This document shows positions 8,378-17,651 of a DNA stretch of 32,000 nt, one piece after another (positions within the stretch are counted from its first letter, which is position 1; each line of letters opens with the position of its first letter). This stretch comes from Kiloniella sp. (GTDB taxonomy: Bacteria; Pseudomonadota; Alphaproteobacteria; Kiloniellales; Kiloniellaceae), in contig NZ_CBDBHW010000006.1 of NCBI RefSeq assembly GCF_965205715.1, positions 179,792 through 211,791 on the forward strand. The letters are read 5' to 3'. The translations under genes were made by a program, and so were the position numbers. The notes under the pieces were generated by a model. That model worked only from the letters and a program-made list of their open reading frames with translations. It was not told where the DNA came from and ran no database searches.

Positions 8378-9808
8378 CTAACGTTTGATTTCAAGATTTT
8401 GTAGACGCCCATCTCTACGAATAACAATCCTCCAAGTAGGTGTTTTTTTGCTTAGAGCAACCTCGACATCCTCAACCCTTTTGATCGGTGTGTCATTCAA
8501 ATCAACCAGAATGTCATTGGATTGCAGGCTAATCTGATGTGCAGGGCTGCGTCTTGCTACATCCGTAACGATAACCCCTTCCCACATACTGCCGAGATCT
8601 CTTTCTACGGCGAGAGCTGGGGAAAGGTTTGCTATGAGCGCCCCAGCTAAAGGACTAGTACCCCTTACCTCTCGACGGTTACGAGCAGGAGTTTCGGGCG
8701 CAGGCGCCGCTGTGTAGGTTATCGTACTAGCCTTACGATCCCGCCATAATTTCAATTGAACTTTATCCCCGATGGGAACTGTCGCTATTCTAAAACGAAG
8801 AGATTCGACATCGATCACTTCTTTACCTGCGACGGACAAAATCACATCACCGGCCTCAACACCGGCAATATCCGCTGGACCACCCTGGTAGACGGAACTT
8901 ACAACGACACCGCCTGGGCGGCTCAGGCCAAATCCAAGAGCGAGATCAGAATTTAAATTTTGCCCCAGAATGCCCGGCCAAGCTCTGACAAGTTCATGGC
9001 CTTCTTCTGCAGAACGAACAACAGTTCGCACCATATTTGCCGGGATAGCAAATCCAATTCCGACCGAACCACCGTTACGAGATGAAGAGAAAATAGCCGT
9101 ATTGATACCGAGTAATTTGCCATCCATAGTAACAAGTGCTCCACCTGAGTTACCAGGATTGATCGCAGCATCGGTTTGGATGAAAAATTGAAAATCAGCA
9201 ACACCTACTTGTGTGCGCGCTAATGCTGAAACGATACCACTTGTAACGGTTTGCCCGACGCCAAAGGGATTTCCGATAGCAAGGACAAGATCTCCCACAT
9301 CAATAGTATCAGAATCCATCAACTCCAGGGTCGGCAGTTCTTCACCCTCGGTATCAATTCTTAGAATGGCAAGATCGGTACCTTCATCACTTAATATTAA
9401 TTCAGCTGAAAACTCCCTCCGGTCAGCAAGAACAACCTGTATCTCTGTTGCTTTATCGATCACATGATGATTGGTTACAATCAGTCCGTTACTGCGAACT
9501 ATGACCCCTGATCCAAGTGATTTACCCATTCGATTACGTTCTTTTCCGGGCAGGTTATTTCCGAAAAATCGTTTAAAAAACGGGTCATTAAAAAGAGATG
9601 GTACCGAACGCTCTTTTACTATTGTTTTGGTGAAAATATTCACGACAGCAGGCGACGTCTGCTTCACGATCGGTGAAAAGCTTAACTTGATCTGCTGTTG
9701 ACTTGTGGGCACGGTTTGAGCACCCACTGGTGTGAGAATAAGCAAAGACACGAGCGTAAAAAAAACGGTCACTAGCGTGCGTGCACTATTAATCATCTGC
9801 TTTTTCAT
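8378..9808 (-). CDS. degP: Periplasmic serine endoprotease, DegP/DegQ/HtrA family (trypsin domain plus two PDZ)
   Basis: 476 aa with an N-terminal signal-like segment (TLVTVFFTLVSLLILTPVGAQ). Catalytic triad contexts are VTNHHVI, TDLAILRI and GNSGGALV. The C-terminal half contains two PDZ-like regions. An alternative start is at ATG 9796. Confidence 0.9.
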   Translation of the reverse strand: MKKQMINSARTLVTVFFTLVSLLILTPVGAQTVPTSQQQIKLSFSPIVKQTSPAVVNIFTKTIVKERSVPSLFNDPFFKRFFGNNLPGKERNRMGKSLGSGVIVRSNGLIVTNHHVIDKATEIQVVLADRREFSAELILSDEGTDLAILRIDTEGEELPTLELMDSDTIDVGDLVLAIGNPFGVGQTVTSGIVSALARTQVGVADFQFFIQTDAAINPGNSGGALVTMDGKLLGINTAIFSSSRNGGSVGIGFAIPANMVRTVVRSAEEGHELVRAWPGILGQNLNSDLALGFGLSRPGGVVVSSVYQGGPADIAGVEAGDVILSVAGKEVIDVESLRFRIATVPIGDKVQLKLWRDRKASTITYTAAPAPETPARNRREVRGTSPLAGALIANLSPALAVERDLGSMWEGVIVTDVARRSPAHQISLQSNDILVDLNDTPIKRVEDVEVALSKKTPTWRIVIRRDGRLQNLEIKR

Positions 9809-9896
9809 CCTTACAATAGTAGAGATATTTATATCGATTTTAGAGCCATACCATAGCGATGAAATTTTCTAAATATTATAAAGTCCATAAAACCAC

Positions 9897-9923
9897 AAAA
9901 GGCAGCCACGAAGGCTGCCTTTT
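9897..9923 (-). terminator. Intrinsic terminator downstream of rplQ (end of the alpha cluster)
   Basis: Minus strand reads AAAAGGCAGCC-UUCGU-GGCUGCCUUUUGUGG: a 7-bp GC stem extended by A/U pairs, followed by a U tract. It lies about 35 nt after the rplQ stop. Confidence 0.8.
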
Positions 9924-9953
9924 GGTAACACTGAAATGTGTAGAAAAAGAGAC

Positions 9954-10373
9954 TTACTCTTCTCCTTCACCTTCATCGCCTTCGACAGGACCAGAATCCT
10001 GACCTTTAGCATCAAGATTACGATCAACAAGTTCGATGAATGCCATTGGCGCCATGTCACCATGACGGAAACCAGCTTTAAGAACACGAGAGTAACCACC
10101 CTGACGCTCTTTGTAACGTGTTGCCAACTCATCAAAAAGTTTTGCAGTAATCTTTGTGTCGCGAAGAACAGCCAGAGCCTGACGACGTGCGTGCAGGTCA
10201 CCGCGCTTACCAAGTGTGATCAACTTCTCAACAATAGGACGAAGATCTTTAGCTTTAGGAAGCGTAGTTTTAATCTGTTCATGTTTGATCAAAGCGTGAG
10301 CCATGTTTGCAAACATAGCCTTACGGTGGCTAGAGGTACGATTTAGTTTACGACCGCTCATTCCGTGACGCAT
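9954..10373 (-). CDS. rplQ: 50S ribosomal protein L17
   Basis: 139 aa, [37 protein letters not shown], with an acidic C-terminal tail. It follows rpoA. Confidence 0.97.
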   Translation of the reverse strand: MRHGMSGRKLNRTSSHRKAMFANMAHALIKHEQIKTTLPKAKDLRPIVEKLITLGKRGDLHARRQALAVLRDTKITAKLFDELATRYKERQGGYSRVLKAGFRHGDMAPMAFIELVDRNLDAKGQDSGPVEGDEGEGEE

Positions 10374-10501
10374 TACTGTTCTCCTTTATCTAATGTCTCG
10401 CTCACGAGACGGATTTAAATTCCTATCGCCGCCTGGATATAAAGCCAGATGATGTCGATAGGTTTCGGGGGAACTCCCCCTTAGGGCCTAGATGAACCTT
10501 A

Positions 10502-11518
10502 TTAAAACGGTTCGTCGAGACGTTTAGCCAATTCTTCGATATTCTCAGGTGGCCACTCAGCAATTTCCATACCGAGGTGGAGACCCATAGCTGAAAGAAC
10601 CTCTTTAATTTCATTGAGGGACTTACGACCGAAGTTAGGTGTACGAAGCATTTCTGCTTCGGTTTTCTGAACGAGATCGCCTATGTAAACGATGTTATCG
10701 TTTTTAAGGCAATTAGCAGAACGTACGGACAACTCGAGTTCGTCAACTTTACGAAGAAGATTACGGTTGAACGGAGGTTCGCTTGGACGATCATCAACTT
10801 CTTCAACTTTTGGCTCATCGAAGTTAACGAAGAGAGAAAGCTGATCTTGAAGAATACGGGAGGCTACAGCGATTGCATCTTCAGGAGTAATGGATCCATC
10901 AGTTTCGATATCAAGTGTCAAACGGTCGTAATCAGTAACCTGACCAACACGTGTGTTGTCGACTTTGTAAGATACTTTACGAACTGGTGAGAAAATTGAA
11001 TCAACTGGAATAAGACCAATTGGTGCATCTTCTACTGAATTTTGAGCTGCTGGTACGTAACCCTTACCCGTATCAACGGTAAGTTCCATATCCAAATGAG
11101 CACCATCATCCAGAGTACAGATGATAAGATCTGGGTTCATCACTTCGATGTCGCCAGTGGTCTCGATTTGGCCTGCAGTAACAGAACCAGGACCCTCTGC
11201 GCGCAAACGCATACGCTTAGGCTCTTCACCTTCCATGCGCAATGCAATGGCTTTGATGTTTAGAATAACGTCAGTAACGTCTTCGCGAACACCAGTGATA
11301 GAAGAGAACTCATGTAGAACACCATCAATGTGGATGGATGTTACAGCTGCACCCTGTAGGGATGACAACAGTACACGACGTAGAGCATTACCAAGTGTAA
11401 GACCGAAACCACGCTCTAGCGGCTCAGCAACAACTTTAGCAACACGATTGCTATCAATACCAGTCTCGACAACGAGACTTTCCGGCTTGATCAAAGCACT
11501 CCAGTTTGTCTGAATCAC
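10502..11518 (-). CDS. rpoA: DNA-directed RNA polymerase alpha subunit
   Basis: 338 aa with [25 protein letters not shown] (NTD) and [23 protein letters not shown] (CTD). GTG start at 11518 with AAGGA 7 nt upstream. Confidence 0.97.
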   Translation of the reverse strand: MIQTNWSALIKPESLVVETGIDSNRVAKVVAEPLERGFGLTLGNALRRVLLSSLQGAAVTSIHIDGVLHEFSSITGVREDVTDVILNIKAIALRMEGEEPKRMRLRAEGPGSVTAGQIETTGDIEVMNPDLIICTLDDGAHLDMELTVDTGKGYVPAAQNSVEDAPIGLIPVDSIFSPVRKVSYKVDNTRVGQVTDYDRLTLDIETDGSITPEDAIAVASRILQDQLSLFVNFDEPKVEEVDDRPSEPPFNRNLLRKVDELELSVRSANCLKNDNIVYIGDLVQKTEAEMLRTPNFGRKSLNEIKEVLSAMGLHLGMEIAEWPPENIEELAKRLDEPF

Positions 11519-11593
11519 AGTATAATCCTTGTGACGCGCAAGCTATCGATTACTAACGGAAGTAACAATGGTTCTTGCAGTGTCATATATATG

Positions 11594-11630
11594 CCAAAAA
11601 GCCGGAGAACATTATAGAACATTCCGGCTT
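11594..11630 (-). terminator. Terminator-like hairpin T2 in the rpsK-rpoA spacer (embeds a TATAAT hexamer)
   Basis: Minus strand reads AAGCCGGA-AUGUUCUAUAAUGUUC-UCCGGCUU followed by UUUGG: an 8-bp stem with a 16-nt loop. The large loop lowers confidence in a terminator function. Confidence 0.4.
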
Positions 11631-11640
11631 TTGACTAGAT

Positions 11641-11675
11641 TGAAAAAGGCAGGCTATCCGTTAATCAGCCTGCCT
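11641..11675 (-). terminator. Terminator/attenuator-like hairpin T1 in the rpsK-rpoA spacer
   Basis: Minus strand, 9 nt after the rpsK stop, reads AGGCAGGCU-GAUUAACGGAU-AGCCUGCCU followed by UUUUC: a 9-bp GC-rich perfect stem. Confidence 0.6.
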
Positions 11676-11684
11676 AAAATCCAC

Positions 11685-12074
11685 TTATACGCGACGGCGT
11701 TTAGGTGGACGACATCCGTTATGCGGAATTGGTGTCACATCACGAATACCAGTGATAGTGAAGCCAACTGCCTGAAGGGCACGAAGAGCGGACTCACGTC
11801 CAGAACCCGGACCTTTAACATTTACTTCAAGAGTTTTCATTCCGTGATCCTGGGCTTTTTTGCCAGCATCTTCTGCAGCAAGCTGAGCTGCATAAGGAGT
11901 AGATTTACGAGAACCCTTAAAACCAAGACCACCTGCAGAAGCCCAGGAAATAGCATTTCCCTGTACATCTGTAATTGTGATGATGGTGTTATTGAAGGTA
12001 GCACTGATGTGTGCGATTCCGGAAGAAATGTTCTTCCGCTCGCGACGACGAACTTTCGTCTGAGGTTTAGCCAT
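11685..12074 (-). CDS. rpsK: 30S ribosomal protein S11
   Basis: 129 aa, [36 protein letters not shown]... Confidence 0.97.
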   Translation of the reverse strand: MAKPQTKVRRRERKNISSGIAHISATFNNTIITITDVQGNAISWASAGGLGFKGSRKSTPYAAQLAAEDAGKKAQDHGMKTLEVNVKGPGSGRESALRALQAVGFTITGIRDVTPIPHNGCRPPKRRRV

Positions 12075-12089
12075 TATCTAGATACCCTC

Positions 12090-12458
12090 TTATTTCTTCT
12101 TGCCAGCAATAGCGATACGAGGACCTTTACGCGTACGAGCGTTGGTCTTAGTACGCTGACCACGAACAGGAAGACGTTTACGATGACGAAGGCCACGAAG
12201 GCAACCAAGGTCCATCAGACGTTTAATGTTCATAGCTATTTCACGACGAAGATCACCTTCAACCGTGCAGCTGTTATCAATAGTTTCACGAATACGAAGT
12301 ACTTCGTCTTCTGTAAGTTCGTTAACACGGCGTTCCGCCGGAATGCCAACTTCGTCACAGATTCTCTTAGATACCGCAGGACCAATACCATGGATATAGG
12401 TCAATGCGATGAGTACCCGCTTTTGCGTCGGGATGTTGACGCCAGCAATACGAGCCAC
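12090..12458 (-). CDS. rpsM: 30S ribosomal protein S13
   Basis: The ORF-track call from 12503 is over-extended. The conserved N-terminus (M)ARIAGVNIP begins at GTG 12458, with GAGGAG 6 nt upstream. This gives 122 aa. Confidence 0.95.
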   Translation of the reverse strand: MARIAGVNIPTQKRVLIALTYIHGIGPAVSKRICDEVGIPAERRVNELTEDEVLRIRETIDNSCTVEGDLRREIAMNIKRLMDLGCLRGLRHRKRLPVRGQRTKTNARTRKGPRIAIAGKKK

Positions 12459-12683
12459 TACGCTCTCCTCACAAACATTGAACGGGCGCCAACTATCTGG
12501 CAACCCTAGGTTAATTCAATCCGCGACTATCTCCAGAGGTGAAATGAGAGACGCCGTTTAATTCTGTCTGAGCCGAAACTCAGAAGTGTATGGGGTGCTA
12601 GATAAGTTCACCTTACATACTGTTCGTTAGACAAAAGCCTTTAAAAGGACCGTTCTCTAACTAAATTGTCCATTCGGCGGCGG

Positions 12684-12711
12684 ATTATATGCCAATCCAT
12701 CCGCCTGTCAA
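12684..12711 (-). promoter_or_regulatory. Sigma70-type promoter for rpsM-rpsK-(rpoA-rplQ): TTGACA-N16-TATAAT
   Basis: The minus strand reads TTGACA (12711-12706), a 16-nt spacer, then TATAAT (12689-12684). Both hexamers are perfect consensus. The -35 starts 10 nt after the adk stop. The predicted leader to GTG 12458 is about 220 nt. Confidence 0.7.
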
Positions 12712-12721
12712 TGGCCAAGTA

Positions 12722-13294
12722 TTACTTTAAGAAACTCGCGATCTGATTCGCGACTTCTGCAATAGCCTGCATACCGTCTACTTTGTGCAAATTGCCTTTA
12801 TTTTCGTAGTAAGGCAGCACTGGAGCAGTCTGCTCATGATAGACCGCTAGACGCTTTTTTAAAGTCTCTGCGTTATCATCAGCACGGCGTTCAGCTTCTG
12901 GTGTTTCTTTTACACGTTGTTCGATGCGGCCGAAAAGGATTTGCTCATCAACAACAATTTCGATCGTGCTGTCGAGCTTTAAGCCTTTTTCCTCGAGCAT
13001 AACATCAAGCCCTTCAGCCTGAGCAACTGTGCGTGGAAAACCATCAAGGATAAAACCATTCTTACAATCGTCCTGATCTACACGATCAGAAATAATACCG
13101 ATCATGAGTTCATCAGCGACAAGTTGGCCAGCATCCATAACTGTTTTAGCTTGTTTACCAAGTTCTGTACCAGCAGAGACAGCAGCACGAAGCATGTCAC
13201 CTGTAGAAAGCTGCACGATACCGTGCTCTTTCACGAGTATTTCAGCTTGAGTACCTTTTCCTGCCCCTGGAGGGCCAAACAATACTATGTTCAT
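12722..13294 (-). CDS. adk: Adenylate kinase (short-LID form)
   Basis: 190 aa, MNIVLFGPPGAGKGTQAE (P-loop). The start forms an ATGA overlap with the secY stop at 13291-13294. Confidence 0.96.
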   Translation of the reverse strand: MNIVLFGPPGAGKGTQAEILVKEHGIVQLSTGDMLRAAVSAGTELGKQAKTVMDAGQLVADELMIGIISDRVDQDDCKNGFILDGFPRTVAQAEGLDVMLEEKGLKLDSTIEIVVDEQILFGRIEQRVKETPEAERRADDNAETLKKRLAVYHEQTAPVLPYYENKGNLHKVDGMQAIAEVANQIASFLK

Positions 13295-14619
13295 CCACGC
13301 CTACCCTTTAATTTTGATTTTTTAATTAGGCCTTCATACTGGTGGGCCACCAAATGAGAATGGATCTGTCCGACTGTATCCATTGTAACGGAAACGACAA
13401 TCAAAAGACTTGTCCCGCCAAAATAGAATGGTACAGCATATTGAGAGATCAAAATCTCAGGTAACAAACATACAGCCACCAGATATGCAGCTCCGGCTAT
13501 TGTTAGCCGATTGATAATGTAGTCAAGGTGATTTGCAGTGTTCTTTCCTGGGCGAATACCAGGGACGAAACCGCCGTTCTTTTTAAGGTTGTCTGCAGTA
13601 TCTTCTGTATTGAATACAATGCTTTTGTAGAAGAAAGCAAAGAATGCAATCAGAGTACTGAACAGGAGCATATAACCAACAGATCCACGGCCAAGATTTG
13701 CTGTTACCCACGTAAGCCACTCTGGACCGCTGCCAGCTGAGAACTGTGCGGCAGAAATTGGCATTAACAACAAGGAAGAAGCAAAGATCGGCGGGATCAC
13801 ACCAGAAACATTTAGTTTAATTGGAAGGTGAGAAGAATCACCACCAAACATTTTGTTACCAACCTGGCGCTTAGGATACTGAACGATGAGACGACGATGC
13901 GCACGCTCAAAGCAAACAATACCGGCGATCACAAGAGGCACGAGAATGATAATGAGAGCCACAAACCCATTGCTTTGACTTAAAGTAAAAGTCTGAGCTA
14001 AGGCAGAAGGCAAGCCTGCAACAATACCAGAGAAGATAATGAGAGAAATACCATTACCAATACCCCGTTGCGTAATCTGCTCACCCAACCACATCAAGAA
14101 GATAGTTCCGCCTGTGAGGGTTATAACCGTGGTAAGTTCAAAGAATACACCAGGGTTAATAACGGAAGCTCCAAAGCCTTGCGCCCCTTCAAGACCGCGG
14201 GCAATACCAAAGGCCTGTACGGCTGCCAGAATTACTGTCCCGTAGCGTGTGTATTGATTTATTTTTTTACGTCCGGATTCACCCTCTTTTTTAAGAGCTT
14301 CAATTTGCGGTGAAATCGCGGTCATAAGCTGCATGATAATAGATGCAGAAATATAAGGCATAATGTTAAGAGCAAAAATAGTCATTCGCTCCAGAGCACC
14401 ACCCCCAAACATATTCATCATCCCAAGAACACCGCCTGCCTGGCTATTAAAAGCCTGCTGGAAAACGATTGGGTCAATGCCAGGTATAGGTATATATGTG
14501 CCCAGACGATAAACAATTAGCGCACCCAGTGTGAACCAGATACGCTTTTTCAAATCTGTGGCTTTAGAAAACGCACTAAGATTAATGTTCGCGGCTAATT
14601 GCTCAGCAGCAGATGCCAT
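13291..14619 (-). CDS. secY: Preprotein translocase subunit SecY
   Basis: 442 aa, polytopic, with ...KKRIWFTLGALIVYRLGTYIPIPGIDP... It occupies the canonical position after rplO. Confidence 0.97.
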   Translation of the reverse strand: MASAAEQLAANINLSAFSKATDLKKRIWFTLGALIVYRLGTYIPIPGIDPIVFQQAFNSQAGGVLGMMNMFGGGALERMTIFALNIMPYISASIIMQLMTAISPQIEALKKEGESGRKKINQYTRYGTVILAAVQAFGIARGLEGAQGFGASVINPGVFFELTTVITLTGGTIFLMWLGEQITQRGIGNGISLIIFSGIVAGLPSALAQTFTLSQSNGFVALIIILVPLVIAGIVCFERAHRRLIVQYPKRQVGNKMFGGDSSHLPIKLNVSGVIPPIFASSLLLMPISAAQFSAGSGPEWLTWVTANLGRGSVGYMLLFSTLIAFFAFFYKSIVFNTEDTADNLKKNGGFVPGIRPGKNTANHLDYIINRLTIAGAAYLVAVCLLPEILISQYAVPFYFGGTSLLIVVSVTMDTVGQIHSHLVAHQYEGLIKKSKLKGRRG

Positions 14620-14651
14620 ATGCCTATTCCCGGTACTAATAAAAATTGACT

Positions 14652-14703
14652 AAAAAAAAGCAAAGGCAGAAACCCCTATCCGAAGATGGGAGTTTCTGCC
14701 TTT
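14652..14703 (-). terminator. Strong intrinsic-terminator-like hairpin between rplO and secY (probable intra-operon attenuator)
   Basis: Minus strand, 5 nt after the rplO stop, reads AAAGGCAGAAACUCCCAUC-UUCG-GAUAGGGGUUUCUGCCUUU, then GC, then U8. The stem has 19 positions: 17 Watson-Crick, 1 G-U and 1 A-C mismatch. The lower 12 bp are perfect. Confidence 0.75.
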
Positions 14704-14708
14704 ACATA

Positions 14709-15173
14709 TTACTTGCTCGCAGGAACGGTGACAGAGCCACCAGACTTTTCTACGGCTGCAATTGCTGCGGCAGAAGCGCCTGCTACAGTGATTTCCACTT
14801 TAGCTGACAATTCGCCGTTCGCCAAAAGGCGAATGCCGTCACGAGCGTTCGTGATAATACCAGAAGAAACGAGTACTTCTTGATCAATCGGCTTTTTGGC
14901 ATCGATTTTCTTAGCGTCAATCGCTGCCTGAAGACGACCGATGTTCAAAGGAACATAGTCTTTCCGGAAGATGTTGTTAAACCCACGTTTCGGTAGACGA
15001 CGATGCAATGGCATCTGCCCGCCTTCGAAGCCTTTAATGCTTACACCGGAACGGGACTTTTGACCCTTGTGTCCGCCACCGGCATTCTTGCCGTAGCCAG
15101 ACCCGGTACCACGACCGACGCGTTTGCGATCTTTGGTAGCACCCGGGTTATCTGAAAGCTGATTTAGCTTCAT
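14709..15173 (-). CDS. rplO: 50S ribosomal protein L15
   Basis: The ORF-track start at 15233 is over-extended and would overlap rpmD. The conserved N-terminus [26 protein letters not shown] starts at ATG 15173, giving 154 aa. Confidence 0.95.
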   Translation of the reverse strand: MKLNQLSDNPGATKDRKRVGRGTGSGYGKNAGGGHKGQKSRSGVSIKGFEGGQMPLHRRLPKRGFNNIFRKDYVPLNIGRLQAAIDAKKIDAKKPIDQEVLVSSGIITNARDGIRLLANGELSAKVEITVAGASAAAIAAVEKSGGSVTVPASK

Positions 15174-15219
15174 CGTAATGGTCCCAGTTTCCCCTTCTTG
15201 TAAAGAGATTGGAAGGCCC

Positions 15220-15408
15220 TTAGGCCTCCACAACCTTCACAAGATGGCTAACTTTATTGATCATGCCGCGTACAGAAGGAGTATCTTCTAGCGTACGACG
15301 ACGGTTCATTTTATTGAGGCCCAGACCAACAAGAGTTGCGCGCTGATCTTTAGTCCGTCCGATAGGACTTCCTATTTGAACCACAGTAACGGTTTGTTTC
15401 TTAGCCAT
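15220..15408 (-). CDS. rpmD: 50S ribosomal protein L30
   Basis: 62 aa, [44 protein letters not shown]... Confidence 0.95.
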   Translation of the reverse strand: MAKKQTVTVVQIGSPIGRTKDQRATLVGLGLNKMNRRRTLEDTPSVRGMINKVSHLVKVVEA

Positions 15409-15414
15409 GGTATC

Positions 15415-15984
15415 TTATCCTTGAGCTTCTGTGCTGCCAGCAGCACGGTTACCTAGGATGTCAGAAACTTTCTTACCGCGACGCTGAGCAACCATACGAG
15501 GACTACGTGAACGTACGAGACCATCGATAGCAGCTTTAATCAGGTTGTGCGGGTTTGAAGTACCAGTGGACTTAGAGACCACATCCTGTACACCAAGAGC
15601 TTCGAAAACAGCACGAAGAGGACCACCGGCAATAATACCAGTACCTACAGGTGCGCTACGCATCACAACATTACCTGCACCGTAATGACCTTTGATGTCA
15701 TGGTGCAGAGTACGGCCCTCACGTAGAGGAACACGTACCATGTTCTGTTTAGCAGCTTCCGTTGCTTTACGAATTGCTTCAGGAACTTCACGGGCTTTAC
15801 CAGTGCCATAACCTACACGACCACGGCCGTCACCAACGACGACAATAGCAGCGAAGCCAAAACGACGGCCACCTTTGACCACCTTAGCAACACGGTTAAT
15901 ACCAACCAGTTTTTCAATCAGTTCCGGTTCATCGCGGTTGCGATCATCTCTACGACCGCGATTTTCTTTTTGAGAACGTGCCAT
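15415..15984 (-). CDS. rpsE: 30S ribosomal protein S5
   Basis: 189 aa, ...[53 protein letters not shown]... Confidence 0.97.
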   Translation of the reverse strand: MARSQKENRGRRDDRNRDEPELIEKLVGINRVAKVVKGGRRFGFAAIVVVGDGRGRVGYGTGKAREVPEAIRKATEAAKQNMVRVPLREGRTLHHDIKGHYGAGNVVMRSAPVGTGIIAGGPLRAVFEALGVQDVVSKSTGTSNPHNLIKAAIDGLVRSRSPRMVAQRRGKKVSDILGNRAAGSTEAQG

Positions 15985-15997
15985 AAAACTAGTCCCC

Positions 15998-16360
15998 TTA
16001 GAACTTTAAGCCAGCTTCACGAGCGGCGTCGGCAAGAGCCTTAACACGTCCGTGATAAATGTATCCACCACGGTCGAAAACGACGTCCGTGATGCCGGCG
16101 GCGACGGCACGCTCTGCAACAAGTTTACCAACCTTGATAGCAGCGTCTTTATCTGCTCCAGTTTTCAACTCGCTCTTCAGAGCTCCGTCCAGGGTTGACG
16201 CAGCGGCAACAGTGACACCCTGCTTGTCATCAATCACTTGAGCATAAATATTTTTGCTTGAGCGAAATACTGACAAACGAGGACGACCATTACCCGTGCG
16301 CCGTAGCTGTGTACGAACGCGACTTTTGCGGCGATCGTGCAATGAAATAAGCTTACGCAT
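15998..16360 (-). CDS. rplR: 50S ribosomal protein L18
   Basis: 120 aa, ...[20 protein letters not shown]...[28 protein letters not shown]. Confidence 0.97.
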   Translation of the reverse strand: MRKLISLHDRRKSRVRTQLRRTGNGRPRLSVFRSSKNIYAQVIDDKQGVTVAAASTLDGALKSELKTGADKDAAIKVGKLVAERAVAAGITDVVFDRGGYIYHGRVKALADAAREAGLKF

Positions 16361-16363
16361 GGG

Positions 16364-16897
16364 TTATTTCTTCTTGCCTTCTTTGCGCAGAATAACTTCA
16401 TCCGCGTACTTAACACCTTTGCCTTTGTAAGGCTCAGGTGGACGGTAAGCACGGATAACAGCAGCCACTTGGCCAACTTTCTGCTTGTCGATCCCCGAAA
16501 CGGCAACTGCCGTCGGTTTCTCACACTTGATTGTAATTCCTTCAGGAATGTCGAAAATTACATCGTGGGAGTAACCGAGTTGCAAGTTCAAGGCATTACC
16601 CTGAACAGCCGCGCGATAACCAACACCGTTAATCTCAAGGTTCTTAGTGTATCCTTCGGAAACACCAGTCACCAGATTCTGTACACGACTGCGAGCAGTA
16701 CCCCACATAGAGCGAGCACGCTTGCTGTCATTAGCTGGAGTTACAGTAACTTTACCCTCATCGAGAGTGATCGTTACATCATCCGTAGCTGCGAAGCTGA
16801 GTTCACCCAGCTTCCCTTTTGCAGAGACGACATTGCCGTCAATCTTTACTTCTACCCCGCCTGGGACTTCTACGGGGTTTTTGCCTACACGAGACAT
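16364..16897 (-). CDS. rplF: 50S ribosomal protein L6
   Basis: 177 aa, [21 protein letters not shown]...[14 protein letters not shown]. Confidence 0.97.
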   Translation of the reverse strand: MSRVGKNPVEVPGGVEVKIDGNVVSAKGKLGELSFAATDDVTITLDEGKVTVTPANDSKRARSMWGTARSRVQNLVTGVSEGYTKNLEINGVGYRAAVQGNALNLQLGYSHDVIFDIPEGITIKCEKPTAVAVSGIDKQKVGQVAAVIRAYRPPEPYKGKGVKYADEVILRKEGKKK

Positions 16898-16909
16898 ATC
16901 ATATTCCCC

Positions 16910-17308
16910 TTAGAATACCTGGCAGAGAACCTCACCGCCAACATTGGCGGTACGGGCTTCCTGATCGGACATAACGCCGCTAGGCGTAGAAAGAATGGTT
17001 ACACCCAATCCATTGTAGTAACGTGGTAGTTCCTTGATTTTGGAATACACGCGACGTCCTGGACGGGAGACACGGCTGATTTCAGAAATCGCCGGATCAC
17101 CATCTGCATATTTAAGTTCGATTGATAGCTCACTAATTCCAGCGCGAACATCTTCGACACTAAATCCGCGAATAAAACCTTCGCGTTTTAGAACTTCGAG
17201 AACGTTTGCACGTAATTTAGAAGCAGGAGCACGAACTACGTTTTTACCAACCAGCTGTCCATTACGGATGCGGGTAAGCATATCCCCTAAAGGATCACTC
17301 ATAGCCAT
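16910..17308 (-). CDS. rpsH: 30S ribosomal protein S8
   Basis: 132 aa, [18 protein letters not shown]... Confidence 0.97.
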   Translation of the reverse strand: MAMSDPLGDMLTRIRNGQLVGKNVVRAPASKLRANVLEVLKREGFIRGFSVEDVRAGISELSIELKYADGDPAISEISRVSRPGRRVYSKIKELPRYYNGLGVTILSTPSGVMSDQEARTANVGGEVLCQVF

Positions 17309-17323
17309 ATCGTCGGTCCTTCC

Positions 17324-17629
17324 TTACCAGCTCGACTTGGTCACACCAGGTGCCTGGCCTACAGAGGCCAGATCACGAAGTGCAATCCGAGAGAGCTTGA
17401 ACTTACGATAGAAACCACGTGGACGTCCGGTGACACCACAACGGTTACGTACACGGATTTTCGCTCCGTCACGAGGCAACTGAGCCAATTTCATGCTCGC
17501 CTGGAAGATTTCTTCCGGGGAAGCTGAACGGTCTGTTGCAATCGCTTTGAGAGCAGCACGCTTTTCAGCTTGATTCGCTACCATACGGCGGCGTTTCTCA
17601 TTTTTAGCAATGGCACTTTTCTTAGCCAT
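17324..17629 (-). CDS. rpsN: 30S ribosomal protein S14 (long, non-zinc form)
   Basis: 101 aa, [17 protein letters not shown]...[41 protein letters not shown]. Confidence 0.97.
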   Translation of the reverse strand: MAKKSAIAKNEKRRRMVANQAEKRAALKAIATDRSASPEEIFQASMKLAQLPRDGAKIRVRNRCGVTGRPRGFYRKFKLSRIALRDLASVGQAPGVTKSSW

Positions 17630-17651
17630 ACTACTATTCCTTTCTGCCCGT

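Noticed and set aside
9869-10346. ORFs 9869-10213 (minus, 114 aa) and 9936-10346 (plus, 136 aa) overlapping rplQ
   Set aside because: They are alternative-frame or antisense ORFs within the conserved L17 gene and its terminator, and nothing independently supports them.
10374-10614. 63-aa minus-strand ORF (10423-10614) in and around the rpoA-rplQ spacer
   Set aside because: It overlaps the 3' end of rpoA in another frame, and it has no SD and no recognisable sequence. The spacer instead shows RNA hairpins (GGGGGA-GU-UCCCCC; GUCUCG-UGAG-CGAGAC) typical of intercistronic processing or stability elements.
11568-12509. 313-aa plus-strand ORF spanning the rpsK and rpsM region
   Set aside because: It is exactly antisense to two highly conserved ribosomal-protein genes and crosses their spacer. 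The product is low-complexity (T/R/S/F-rich) with no recognisable motif. Long antisense ORFs are expected opposite highly expressed genes, which avoid the sense codons (TTA, CTA, TCA) that would create antisense stops.
12459-12721. Possible hidden rpmJ (L36), infA or rpsD gene in the long adk-rpsM spacer
   Set aside because: On the minus strand the longest ATG-initiated reading frame is 12 codons (MDWHIIRRRMDNL) and bears no resemblance to L36. The spacer is better explained as a promoter plus leader.
9897-14703. Shared AGGCAG core in the 5' arms of the rplQ, rpsK-T1 and rplO terminators and the crcB leader arm, and a TAGTCAA heptamer just after two of the U tracts
   Set aside because: These are 6-7-mers, expected to occur by chance several times in 64 kb of two-strand sequence. 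GC-rich arms next to U tracts naturally converge on such sequences. This is not enough to call a repeat family.
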